Below, one piece after another: positions 35,113 to 45,483 of a stretch of DNA of 64,000 nt. The stretch lies in the NCBI RefSeq assembly GCF_018977255.1, contig NW_024704749.1:2852001-2916000 (forward strand). Direction: 5' to 3'. Origin of the DNA: Callorhinchus milii (lineage: Eukaryota). The notes under the pieces are model-generated. The model was not told where the DNA came from, made no database searches, and saw only the letters and a list, made by a program, of their open reading frames with translations. How positions within the stretch are numbered: position 1 is the stretch's first letter; each line of letters starts with the position of its first letter. Position numbers and translations under genes: made by a program.

Positions 35113-36276
35113 TGCTCTCCTTCCTGTCACACTAGGGCTAACATGGTTCTCTTCCAACACAACCTCTGGCATTCACATCCATGGCGGGACACAGTACGTA
35201 TGAGACACGCTGAAACTGGACGGAATGGCAAGTGAGCGAGCGACCGAGGAAACAGGATGCTGGCCCTGTGATGTGCCTGAGCGCTGAGACTCTATGGGGA
35301 AGGTACATGAGTTAGGATTATTGGGTCCAAGGATATTTGGCACTGTCACTTTTCAGGCTCTTACTCGCTGTTTTAATGACTGGGTTGTGTAGGAAAGAGA
35401 GTCGGACTGACTGCTTGTCCCTTACATTTATTATTAAGTTTAATTTTCATCTGTTTATAAAGCTTAATGTTCAATGTTCAGATCTTTATTAAGTTTCGTG
35501 TGCCATTCTGCTGAAACGTTTGTAAATCAAGCTTAATATATATAGAAATACTTCATCAGAATGGGCCAATTTGCTAAAGTATTTCCATATCAATACCATG
35601 CAATTATTTCCAAGAAAATATGTTTAGCCTAACATACTTTAAATTTCATTGACATCTGTTTGTGAAATTTATTTATGCGTGTGTGGCCTTGGATGGAGTA
35701 AGGAAAAATCTGTCTTTAGCATTCAGCCAAGGCGTGGGTATGGCTAAGATGGTATTTCATTGACAGGTGTTCCTTCGGGGCTTCTCTCGAAATTTACGAG
35801 CTATAATTTTTCTAATGGATATATGTTCTCACAGAATAGGCTAATACTATGTAATTTATACGTTTTGATTCTTCCTTTGTCAAGGAAAAAGGAAGAAGTC
35901 TGAAGAATGGATTGGCCTCGACCAAACATACATATGGATGTTGTTGCAGATGAGTTGTTTCTGGGCTTCTTATCCTAGTTTCACATAAATAATCCAATCT
36001 TTAATATTATATTTAATAATGACCTAAATTATTTGTATATTGTATAGCAATGTGAAAGTTTGCAATAAAAGGGGAACACATTAATGTGAGACACATGCAA
36101 CTTTGACCCATTGATATAGCGACACCTGCTGATGTCAATAAATCAGCTAAGATGTTGCCAGGCAGAAGTTGGAACCAAAGGTTTCTCAACAGCAGACTTA
36201 AAGGACGAAATCCACTAGTTTGTCATTACATTTAAATTGTGCAGATTTGCGGAAATGTTTAATTTCAACTTAACTG

Positions 36277-37148
36277 AAATTGAAACTGAAAAACTGAGGC
36301 CCTCCTGATTGGCTCACGTCAGCGCCTCCGCACCTCAGGCGCTGACACCATCAGCATCCAAGGCTGCACTCTCCACCTCTCAAAGCCAGTCAGGAACCTC
36401 GGCGTTTTGTTCGACCCTGAGCTGTCCTTTCTCCCTCACATCCGCACCACAACTGGCACCGCCTTCCATCACCTCCGGAACATCGCCAGACTACGGCATT
36501 ACCTCACCCCTCACGCTGCTGAAACCCTGGTTCACGCCTTTGTCACCTCAAGGCTGGACTATGGGAACTCTCTCCTCGCCGGCCTTCCCGCCACCTCCCT
36601 CCACAAGCTGCAGGTCATTCAGAACTCGTGTACTGTCCCGCACCAGGCTTCGGGACCACATCACTCCCACCCTCGCTCGCCTCCACTGGCTCCCCATCCC
36701 CCAGAGGATTGATTTCAAGATCCTCATCCTCACCTACAAGGCCATTCACGGCCTTGTTCCCTCCTACCTCTCCAACCTACTATCCCCCTACCTACCTGCC
36801 CGTACCCTCCGTTCCTCTGGCTCCGGTCTGCTCCACGTCCCCCGCCCCAATCGCCCTACCATCGGTGGTCGGGCCTTCAGCCTCTCAGCCCCCAGGCTCT
36901 GGAACTCCATCCCCCAGTACCTTCGCCTTGCTTCCTCCCTTTCCTCCTTCAAGGCCGGTCTCAAAACCTTTCTCTTTGACCGAGCCTTCAGCTCCCCTCT
37001 CGACTCTCTTCCCCCTCCTCGCTCCCTCCCTTCCCTCCCCTCACCCTGACCGTTTCCCCCCTGCTCGGGTCATGACCCAACTGTGCAGCGCCTTGGGACG
37101 TCCTCCTGACGTGAAAGGCGCTTTATAAATGGAATCTTGTTGTTGTTG
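36277..37148 (+). mobile_element. Young L2 LINE 5'-truncated insertion with 7-bp TSD
   Basis: Encodes KTEALLIGS..FDPELSFLPHIR..HAFVTSRLDYGNSLL..HWLPIPQRIDFKIL; TSD ttaactg at 36270-36276 and 37149-37155; absent from the paralogous site of other clusters. Confidence 0.92.
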
Positions 37149-37627
37149 TTAACTGGGAAGTTTTTTTTAAGAAACAAGCAACTTACGAATTAAAACTGCA
37201 TTCAGGATTCCCCCCTCCCTCCCTCCCTCCCTCCCACCCTCCGATTCCAGACAATATTAACTTTAAGACAAAACGATCTTACAGCCTAAGACTAGATGAG
37301 ATTTTGAGTCTTCGAAGCCTCCAGTAAGACAATATGTCTGTAAACCAAATCCATAAAATGATCGCTATATTATGTTAAACAAATCTGCAGAATAATGCAA
37401 GTAAGATGAAAACCTCAAGGTTTGACTAATCGAAAAGAAAACATGGAAGAAAATGAGGGAAGAAGACAATGTGGAGACATTTTATTATTGTTCGATATTT
37501 GTGTAATATGATACAAGGAGAACATGACGTAAAAATCAACCAAGGATTCAAGCAAACGATATGAACTGCGAATTCATTGTTAGTTACTTGGGAAATTTAT
37601 GACAAAATGAACATAATCAACAACATG

Positions 37628-37806
37628 TTACAAAACAATTATTATTATTAAAGGTAGATTGTCAATGTCACCGCCATCTACAGTCCACTCGACCTCCACA
37701 GCTCCCGGGATAAAATCATTCACCAGACACACCAGGGTCGCCTGGCTCTTTGCTGTGATTTGATCTGGTGAAGGCGGAAGGACAGTCACCGAAGGTCCCT
37801 GTGGTT
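37628..37806 (-). pseudogene. Ig lambda-type C exon relic (3' half deleted; no V upstream)
   Basis: PQGPSVTVLPPSPDQITAKSQATLVCLVNDFIPGAVEVEWTVDG then runs into the 3' UTR; ~215 bp deleted relative to 42174-42388. Confidence 0.92.
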
Positions 37807-39239
37807 CTGGAAGGAAAAGACTTTGTACTCAGATAATGTCCATTATTTGATAACACGAAGGACAGTTGAAAACTAAATATCAAATGTTTGTATCAAATAC
37901 TGTAATGTGTTCTTGTCTGTTGACAATAATATTGAACAGTGACAATGTCCGCCTATAAATGTATTAAATCATTGTGATTTTTTTTGTTAATGAGGGTTGA
38001 TCACCATATACTCTATAGCTTATTATACCACCTGTAGATTCTCACGAATACATTTACGAAATTAAAAATTGCAACCATCAGGAATGACAGCGGACACTAA
38101 ATATCATGTCACAGGGAATATTGCCGGGAGCAGCTCATTGAAAATGCAGTAAAACTTTAGGATTTTTAATTATATCTCTGATAAAACTAATTCACAAGTG
38201 AGAGAACGGGCAAAAAAAATGCAAATAACTGACAGTGTTTGCAACTAAAGGCTCTATTCCAATGAATTCCCTGTAAACGTACATCAGTCGCCTCTATTTC
38301 CAACTATGCCTAATTTTGAGAAGAAATGTGTTAACCTTTGATTACTTTTGGGAGTTTCAATAATCGCCAAACAATAATCGCCAAATAATCGCTGGATACG
38401 ACTTGTAGTTTATACAATGTTCTGTCCTCAGTCGGGAAGAAACTCGATTCAAGATTTACTACTGTGCGGCTTTACTACTGTGCGGATAAGCAATTACGGA
38501 CTTCAACAAACTCGAAGAAGTTCAGGATAAAAATAACAACAAATTACATTTGTATGGCCCCCTTCACTTTGACCACTTCCATCTGCACAATGATAATAAT
38601 AATAATCCTTGCATTTGTTAGAGCGCCTTCTAACATCTTCGAGACGTCTCAAATCACTTCGCACAATATACCGCAAAGTGAAATTACTATATTTTATGGA
38701 GGAAACGCGAGCGAAAGAGAATTAAAAGCCCCACAATCGAAAAGATTTTTGCATACAATCTCCTGGTTCAATACATCATGAAATACAATGATCCATAAAT
38801 AAACACAACCAGAACATTAACAGTTATAGTGATAACGAATCGGTTTGAAGAGGCCACATTGTCAGTTACAGCTGATCGGGATAATTGGAACCCCCCAAAT
38901 TATTTTATCGCCCCTTCTCTAAGAAAATCACCTTTTAGACTAACAATGTTTTACAGACACCAGCGACAGATAGTGAAAACGTTGAAAATCCGGTGTAAAA
39001 AAGCCGAGGGTTCGTTTTCCTCAAATGCTGCATGAAGGAAAAGTCAAAACATTAAGTATCTGAGAAGCACAATGAGGTTCAGCAGCTGAAGAGAGTGATT
39101 GTCAATTTCACAATGTTTTATTGGGCGCGTTAAATATACTGTATTGTATTTATAATAAATATCGCTGCACAGTCTACGGGAAATACACATCTTGAATTTC
39201 CACAATTTATATAACATTGTTCTTTGTACTTTTGCACAG

Positions 39240-39365
39240 GAACATAGGAATTAGGAGCAGGAGTAGACCATTCGGCTCCTCGAGCCTGTCACGTCATTCA
39301 ATAAAATCATGGCTGATCTTCTAACCTAACTCCAACTGCTCGCCATATCCCTTAATCCCTCTATC
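39240..39365 (-). mobile_element. CR1-type 3' fragment in cluster 1 J-C intron
   Basis: ggaacataggaattaggagcaggagtagaccattcggctcctcgagcctg..atcatggctgatct; same family at 49718-49870; absent from clusters 2 and 3. Confidence 0.6.
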
Positions 39366-40809
39366 CTTTTATTTCTGTTTTGACCAGACTGAGCCGCCAC
39401 TCAACCCGTGTCTTCACTGAGCGCTGACTCACATCTGACCATTTTGCAGCAACCTGTGATGAAACACATGTAACACTACTGGGTCTCTTTTGCTAATTGC
39501 AATGTTGCTCCCCTCAGCGACATCAAACGCGGAATTGGGGGAAAATAAAGCATTTTAAACAATCAGAAATCCGAATACAACTTTGAGATTAAAACGATAT
39601 ATACAGACGTCTGTTAATGGGAGAAATATCACAGTGGTTCACAATCACTCGCTGAGCCGACTGTAATATTTGAATTATTCTAAAGCATTATGCTGATTAT
39701 GCTGATGTAAAATAATGGTCAAGGAAACCTCTCTTAGAGTTATTCCCAGCCACCTGGGTACCAGTTGAAGAGTATCACTCGGTCTCTTGGAAGTTTAAAT
39801 TCTTTAAACATTAATTTAGTTACAGAACAGAAACATTTCCACGCTATCCCGTTTCCTCTGAGATTTGAACCTCTCACCAATCGGTCCATTGTAGCCCAAG
39901 GAGAGTCACCCTATGAAAAGCTGCTTTTATTGAGCTGGAGATTCATTAAATATCACCTCATGCTTACAAACTGGGGAAAAATATTGGAAGTAAACATATA
40001 AATCAGTTCATCTGGTACGAGGAGACTTGTCTTCGATCCCACGTCTAAAACTGTTACCTCATTTCACTGCAGTAGCTAATTCTTTACCAGGATGTTTAGA
40101 CGGTGTTGCATTTATTTAGTTTCGTTATTTAGTTTAATATCTAATGTTTATTTAACTCTTAAGGTATAACCAATCACTAACCCTGATGAGTCTTTAATTT
40201 TCGTGATGGAAGTTGCAACCAGTTATTTTTATTAAACTTACTTATACTGTGAAAACGGTATTCAGATCTGTGTGTGTATCAATTCGGCCGTCGCCGCTAC
40301 AGTTTATACGGACCCCCAGACCATCTACTCGATGCCCACCTGCCTCCAAGGCGCCTTCAGGTTTTTATTACGTTCAATGTTCAGATCTTTATTAAGCTTA
40401 ATGTGCTATTTTGCTAAAGTATTTGCATAGCAATGACATATGATTATTTCCAAGAACATATGCTGTTTAAGGTTAAAACTCGTGTTGAAGTTTCATTGGT
40501 ATGTGTTTGTAAAGCTAAATATTTAAAAATGTTTTTGTGGCCTTTCTAATACGTTAGAATAACTATGAAAAAAGTCTGTCTTTGGCACTCAGCCCAAGGC
40601 GTGGTATCGGCTAAGATAGTATTTGATTGACAGACGTTATTTCGGGGCTTCTCTTGAAATTTACGAGATAGTGTTTTTCTAATGGGCGTATCTTCTCACA
40701 AAATAGGCTAATATTATGTCATTTATATGTTTTGACTCTTATTTTGTCAAGGAAAAAGGAAGAAGCCTGAAGTATGGATTGGCATCGAACAAACGTATCT
40801 ATAGATGTT

Positions 40810-40953
40810 CTGACGAATGGTCGTGGACCCGAAACGTTGATTCACATTCCTTTTCCACAGATGCTGCGACCTGCTGAGTGTCCCCAGAGAATTCTGTTTT
40901 TTTTTCAGATTTCCATCATCTGCAGTATTTTGCCTTTTTTTTTTGCGTTTTAC
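40810..40953 (+). mobile_element. Short HE1 SINE/HER1 LINE-like 3' fragment with 13-bp TSD (orthologous copy 61977-62119)
   Basis: ctgacgaa.ggtc..gacccgaaacgtt..cacagatgctgc.acctgctgagt..tttcagatttcca.catctgcagtattttg; TSD atctatagatgtt at 40797-40809 and 40954-40966. Confidence 0.7.
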
Positions 40954-41110
40954 ATCTATAGATGTTGTTTCTGGGCTTCTTATCCTAGTTCCACTTAAAC
41001 AATCCAATTTTTATATTATATTGAATAACGACCTTCAAAATTACTTGTATAATGTTTAACAATGTTGTAGTTTCCAATAAAAAGGATGTTGATGCAGCAA
41101 CATCTGCTGA

Positions 41111-41420
41111 TAATCCTTGCATTTGATATAGTGCTTTTCACGTCGGGAGGACGTCCCAAAGCGCTTCACAGAACACACTGTAAAGTGAATTGACTGTATA
41201 TTTGTGGGCGAACGCGGCAGCCAATTGCGCACAGCAATGTCCCACAAACAGTCGTAGATTGAAAATGACCAATTTATTATTGTTTTTGGTTTTGGAGGGA
41301 TTATTATTAGGCTCTGTGTGGAGTAAGGAAACTTGCCCAAGGTTTCGCCCTCTGCCTGGAATTGAACTCAGGTCTCTCACTTGCAAAGCGAGTGCTCTAA
41401 CCACTGAGCTACAGGTCTCC
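41111..41420 (-). mobile_element. tRNA-Ala-derived Deu-type SINE, full length, cluster-2 specific
   Basis: Reverse-complement full copy; ctgat flanks both sides; absent at the paralogous site near 62320. Confidence 0.92.
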
Positions 41421-42204
41421 ACTGATGTTAATATATCAGCTGAGAAGTTGCCAGGCGGAAGTTGAAAGCAAACGTTTCTGAACAGCAGACATCAAGCACA
41501 AAATCCATCAGATTGTCATAAGACTTAAAATTGCGTAGATTTGCGGAAATGTTTTAATTTCAATCTCAATTGGGAAGTTGGTTCTTTTTTAAGAAATACG
41601 GTCAAGCGAATTACAAATTAAGACTCTATTCAAGATCCCCTCTCTCTCCCTCCCTCCCTCCCCCTTCCCTTCGATTCCAGACCATATTAAAGTTGAAGAG
41701 AAAACGATATTTCAGTTTGAGACGAGGTGGGATTGTCAGACTTCGAAGCCCCCGGAGAGCACAACACAGAATGAAATCTAATGTTGGGGAATGTTCTACA
41801 CCTGTGCTTGACAAGTAGTGTAATATTTCCTCCTGTAAAACAACTTATCTATAAACCAAATCCAAAAAAGTCAAAGAAGTGCAGAGTAATTAATACAAAC
41901 AAGATGAAAACCTCATGGTATGAATAAGCGGAAACAAAATCTGGAAGAAACTCAACGACGCACAGAGGCCAATGCAGAGACATTTTATTATTATTATTCG
42001 ATATTCGTGTAATATGACACATGGAGAACTCGTACAATTCAAACTAAGAATTCCAGCAAACGATATGAACCGCGGATTCATTGTTAACTATTTGGAAAAT
42101 TTATGACAAAATTAACAAAATCGACAAATTATTATAAAACACAAATATTATTATTAAAGGTAGATTGCCAATGGTACATTCGACTATCGGTGCACATTCC
42201 TGAT

Positions 42205-42527
42205 TTAGGTACAACTGGATCTGGCGATGCTTTTCTCGAGCGGAATGGCCAGAGTCTGGTGTTTGACCACACAGGAATACAGGTCGTGTGACTCCCACTC
42301 GGAGGTTGGCAGAGTCAGATAACTGCTCACACTGTACGTGTTGTCCGCCTGCTGTTTGATCGCACTCGTTTCAACACCTTCACTTCTGGCACTGCCATCC
42401 ACAGTCCACTCGACCTCCACAGCTCCCGGGATAAAATCATTCACCAGACACACCAGGGTCGCCTGGCTCTTTGCTGTGATTTGATCTGGTGAAGGCGGAA
42501 GGACAGTCACCGAAGGGCCCTGTGGGT
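42205..42527 (-). CDS. Ig lambda-type (type II/NS3) light-chain C exon, cluster 2
   Basis: ttccag|AC CCA CAG GGC..; C1-set Cys-Trp-Cys (TLVCLV, EWTVDG, YSCVV), terminal SSCT*; 323 nt in phase with the VJ donor. Confidence 0.97.
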
Positions 42528-44866
42528 CTGGAAGGAAAGGATTTTGGATTCAGATAATATCCATAATGTGATAACACGAAGGACAGTTGAAAATTAATTA
42601 TCAAATCACTGTATGAAACATTTCAACGTGTTCTTGTCTGTTAACAATAATGTTGAACAGTGACAATGTCCGCCTATAAATGTATTAAATCAGTGAGAAA
42701 TGGTTAATTTTGATAAGAATTCCTCGCCATATCCTCTGTATCTTATTATACCAGCTGTAGATTCCCACGAATGCATTTACGAAATTGAAGAATACAATCA
42801 ACAGAAACGACAGCAGATAATAAATATGGTGTCAGAAGGAATATTGCCGGGAGCAGCTGATTGAAAGCGCGGTTAAACTTTAGGATTATTAATTATATCT
42901 CTGACCAAGTTAATTCACAAGCCATAGAACGGGCAAAAAAAGGCAATAATTGATTGTGTTTGCAACTAAACTCTCCATTCCAATGAATTCCCCGTAAAGG
43001 TCCATCGAGCGCCTCGACTTCCAACTATGTCGAATATTGTGTGAACCTTCGATGACTTTGGGGAGTTTCAATAAACGCTACACAATGGCTGGACACGACT
43101 TGTAGTTTCTATAGTTTTCTTTCCTCAGTCGGGAAGAACTTCGATTCAAGCTTCACAACTGTGCGGCTGAGCAATGATGGACTTCAACTAATTAGAAGAA
43201 GGTCGGGAATAAAATAATAATAATAATCCTTGCATTTGTTAGAGCGTATTGTAACATTTTCGAGACGACTCAAATTACTTCACAATATACACGGTGAAGG
43301 GAATTGACTATATTTTGTGGAGGAAACGCGAGCAAAAGAAAATTAAAAGACCCACAATCGGAAAGTTGTTTGTGTACAATCTCCAGGTTCAGTACTTCAC
43401 GAAATAAAACGATCTATTTCTAAATACAACCAAAATATTCACAGTTATAGTGATAACGAATCGGTTTGAAGAGGCCACATTGTCAGTTACAGCTGATCGG
43501 GATAGTTGGAAACCCCAAATTATTTTATTCGCCCCTTCTCTAAGAAAATCACCGTTTCGACTAACAGTGTTTTACAGACACCAGCGACAGATAGTGAAAA
43601 CGTTGAAAATCCGGTGCAAAAAAGCCGAGGGTTCGTTTTCCTCAAATGCTGCATGAAGGAAAAGTCAAAATATTAAGTTCTTGAGAAGCACAATGAGGTA
43701 AAGGTTCAGCAGCTGAAGAGAGTGATTGTCAATTTCACAATGTTTTATTGGGCGCGTTAAATAAATATTGTATTTATCATAAATATCGCTGCACAGTTTA
43801 CGGGACATAAACATCTTGAAATTCCACAATTTATATAACATTTTTCTTTGTGCTTTTATTTCTGTTTTGACAAGACAGAGCCGAAGCTCAACCCGTGTCT
43901 TCACTGAGCGCTGATTCACATCTGACCACTTACAGCAACTTGTGACGAAACACATGTAACATTACTGGGTGTCTTTTTCTAATTGCAATGTCGCTCCCCT
44001 CAGCGACACCAAATGCGGAATTGGGAGAAAATAGAGCATTTTAAACAATCATAAATCCAAAAACAACTCTGCGGTTAAAAACATAATATAGAGACATCTC
44101 TTAATGGGAGGAATTCCCATAAATTCCCAGTGGTTCACAATCACTCGCTGAGCCGACTGCAATATTTGAACTATTCCAAAACAATGGATTAGATGTTGAT
44201 GTAAAATAATGGTCAGAGAAACCTCTCTTACAGTTATTCCCAGATATCTGGGCATTAGTTGAAGAGGGTTACTCGGACTTTTGCAAGTTGGAATTCTTCA
44301 AACATTAATTTAGTTACAGAACAGAAACATGTCCACGATATCCTGTTCCCTCTGAGAATTGCGCCGATCACCAATCGGTCCATTGGAGACCAGGGAGAGT
44401 CACCCTGTGGAAGGCTGTTGTTTCACTTGTGCTGGAGATTCTTTTAACTATCACCTCATGGTTACAAACTGGGAAAAAGATTTGAAGTAAACATAATGTA
44501 CATAATGTTATTTTTGAAGTTTACCACCATTTAACTCCTCTTGAATAATTTCATTCCTGCATCCTCCCTTTTGCCTGTACCCGATTTCTGCACTATCCGC
44601 CTTAATTCTTCAGAGATTCACAATGAAACTCAGGGTTCACATGTTTGTTACTTCAAAATATCCGAATTACACATTAAAAAATCTTCACGAAAATTATGTC
44701 CAGATGCGAATATTATAGGAAACGGGCGAAACACTATTGAAGACAGAGCGATGCTCAGACAAAAAACATTTATACTGTAGAATCTTTAAAGTAGAACCAG
44801 ATCAAAATAATTATTGGAAAGTCCAAACCCCCACATGCAAAGTGCACAATGTCGAAGATCACTTAC

Positions 44867-45211
44867 TTTTCAGATTCAGTATAGTCCCTTTACCGAACAG
44901 GAAGGGATACGGACTGGTGCTTAATTCCGCACCACAGAAGTATTCGGCGGCGTCCTCCGGTTGCACACCGCTGATGGTTAAATGCATGTTCGATGAGCCT
45001 TTAGAACCAGTGAATCGATCAGGAATTCCCTGACCTGTGGTGCCGCTTTGATACCAAACAAACAGAGGGGCGCTGCCAGGCTTCCGCTGGTACCAGCTCA
45101 CCCAATAGCTGCCCAGACTGCCTCCGGACATGGTGCAGGCGATCGTGACCGTGTGTCCCGGGGTGGTTGAGATGGACGGTGGCTGAGTCAGGGTAACAGC
45201 TGCAGTTGTCC
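44867..45211 (-). CDS. Germline-joined VJ exon, Ig lambda-type light chain, cluster 2
   Basis: TAAVTLTQPPSISTTPGHTVTIAC..WYQRKPGSAPLFVW..GIPDRFTGS..EDAAEYFCGAELSTSPYPFLFGKGTILNLK|gtaagt; open frame, no RSS between V and J. Confidence 0.97.
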
Positions 45212-45301
45212 CTGGTGAGATAACAAGTCACAAATAGGTCACATTGTAGAACTGTACAAAGTGAATTTAATGTATATCAGTTCGGATTCCACAGCGCTTA
45301 C

Positions 45302-45350
45302 CATGCAGATACAGGAGTAGGGCCACTGGAACTCGGAGCCAATCGCCCAT
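45302..45350 (-). CDS. Leader exon, cluster 2 (MGDWLRVPVALLLYLH)
   Basis: 49 nt, phase-1 donor G|gtaagc; leader+VJ+C = 717 nt = 238 aa + stop. Confidence 0.93.
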
Positions 45351-45475
45351 TCTTAACATTTTGATGAAGATCAGAGAGATGAGAGATTTTCAAGACAAAT
45401 GACACTTTCCTGCTTCTTTGCAAACATCTCCTTAAGAACCATCAGGTGATGCAAGTCCAATTGAATTGATAAACT

Positions 45476-45483
45476 ATGCAAAT
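45476..45483 (-). promoter_or_regulatory. Ig promoter octamer ATTTGCAT, cluster 2
   Basis: Exact octamer in light-chain orientation ~125 nt upstream of the leader ATG; conserved in cluster 3. Confidence 0.85.

Noticed and set aside
36309-37128. Longest ORFs in the window (246 and 166 aa; also 33928, 47803, 51159, 59864)
   Set aside because: Frameshifted L2 ORF2 fragments or their shadow frames, not host genes
43051-43060. kappaB-like GGGAGTTTCA in the J-C intron (also 38350, ~63942)
   Set aside because: Mismatches the consensus at the last base and is lost in cluster 3; insufficient support
38829-43656. Near-identical 68-aa ORFs MITNRFEEATLSV.. at 38829 and 43450
   Set aside because: GTG-started ORFs in paralogous J-C introns; not preserved in cluster 3, so similarity reflects the duplication only
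44867-45211. Recombination signal sequences flanking V or J
   Set aside because: No CACAGTG/ACAAAAACC pair is present; V and J are already fused in frame
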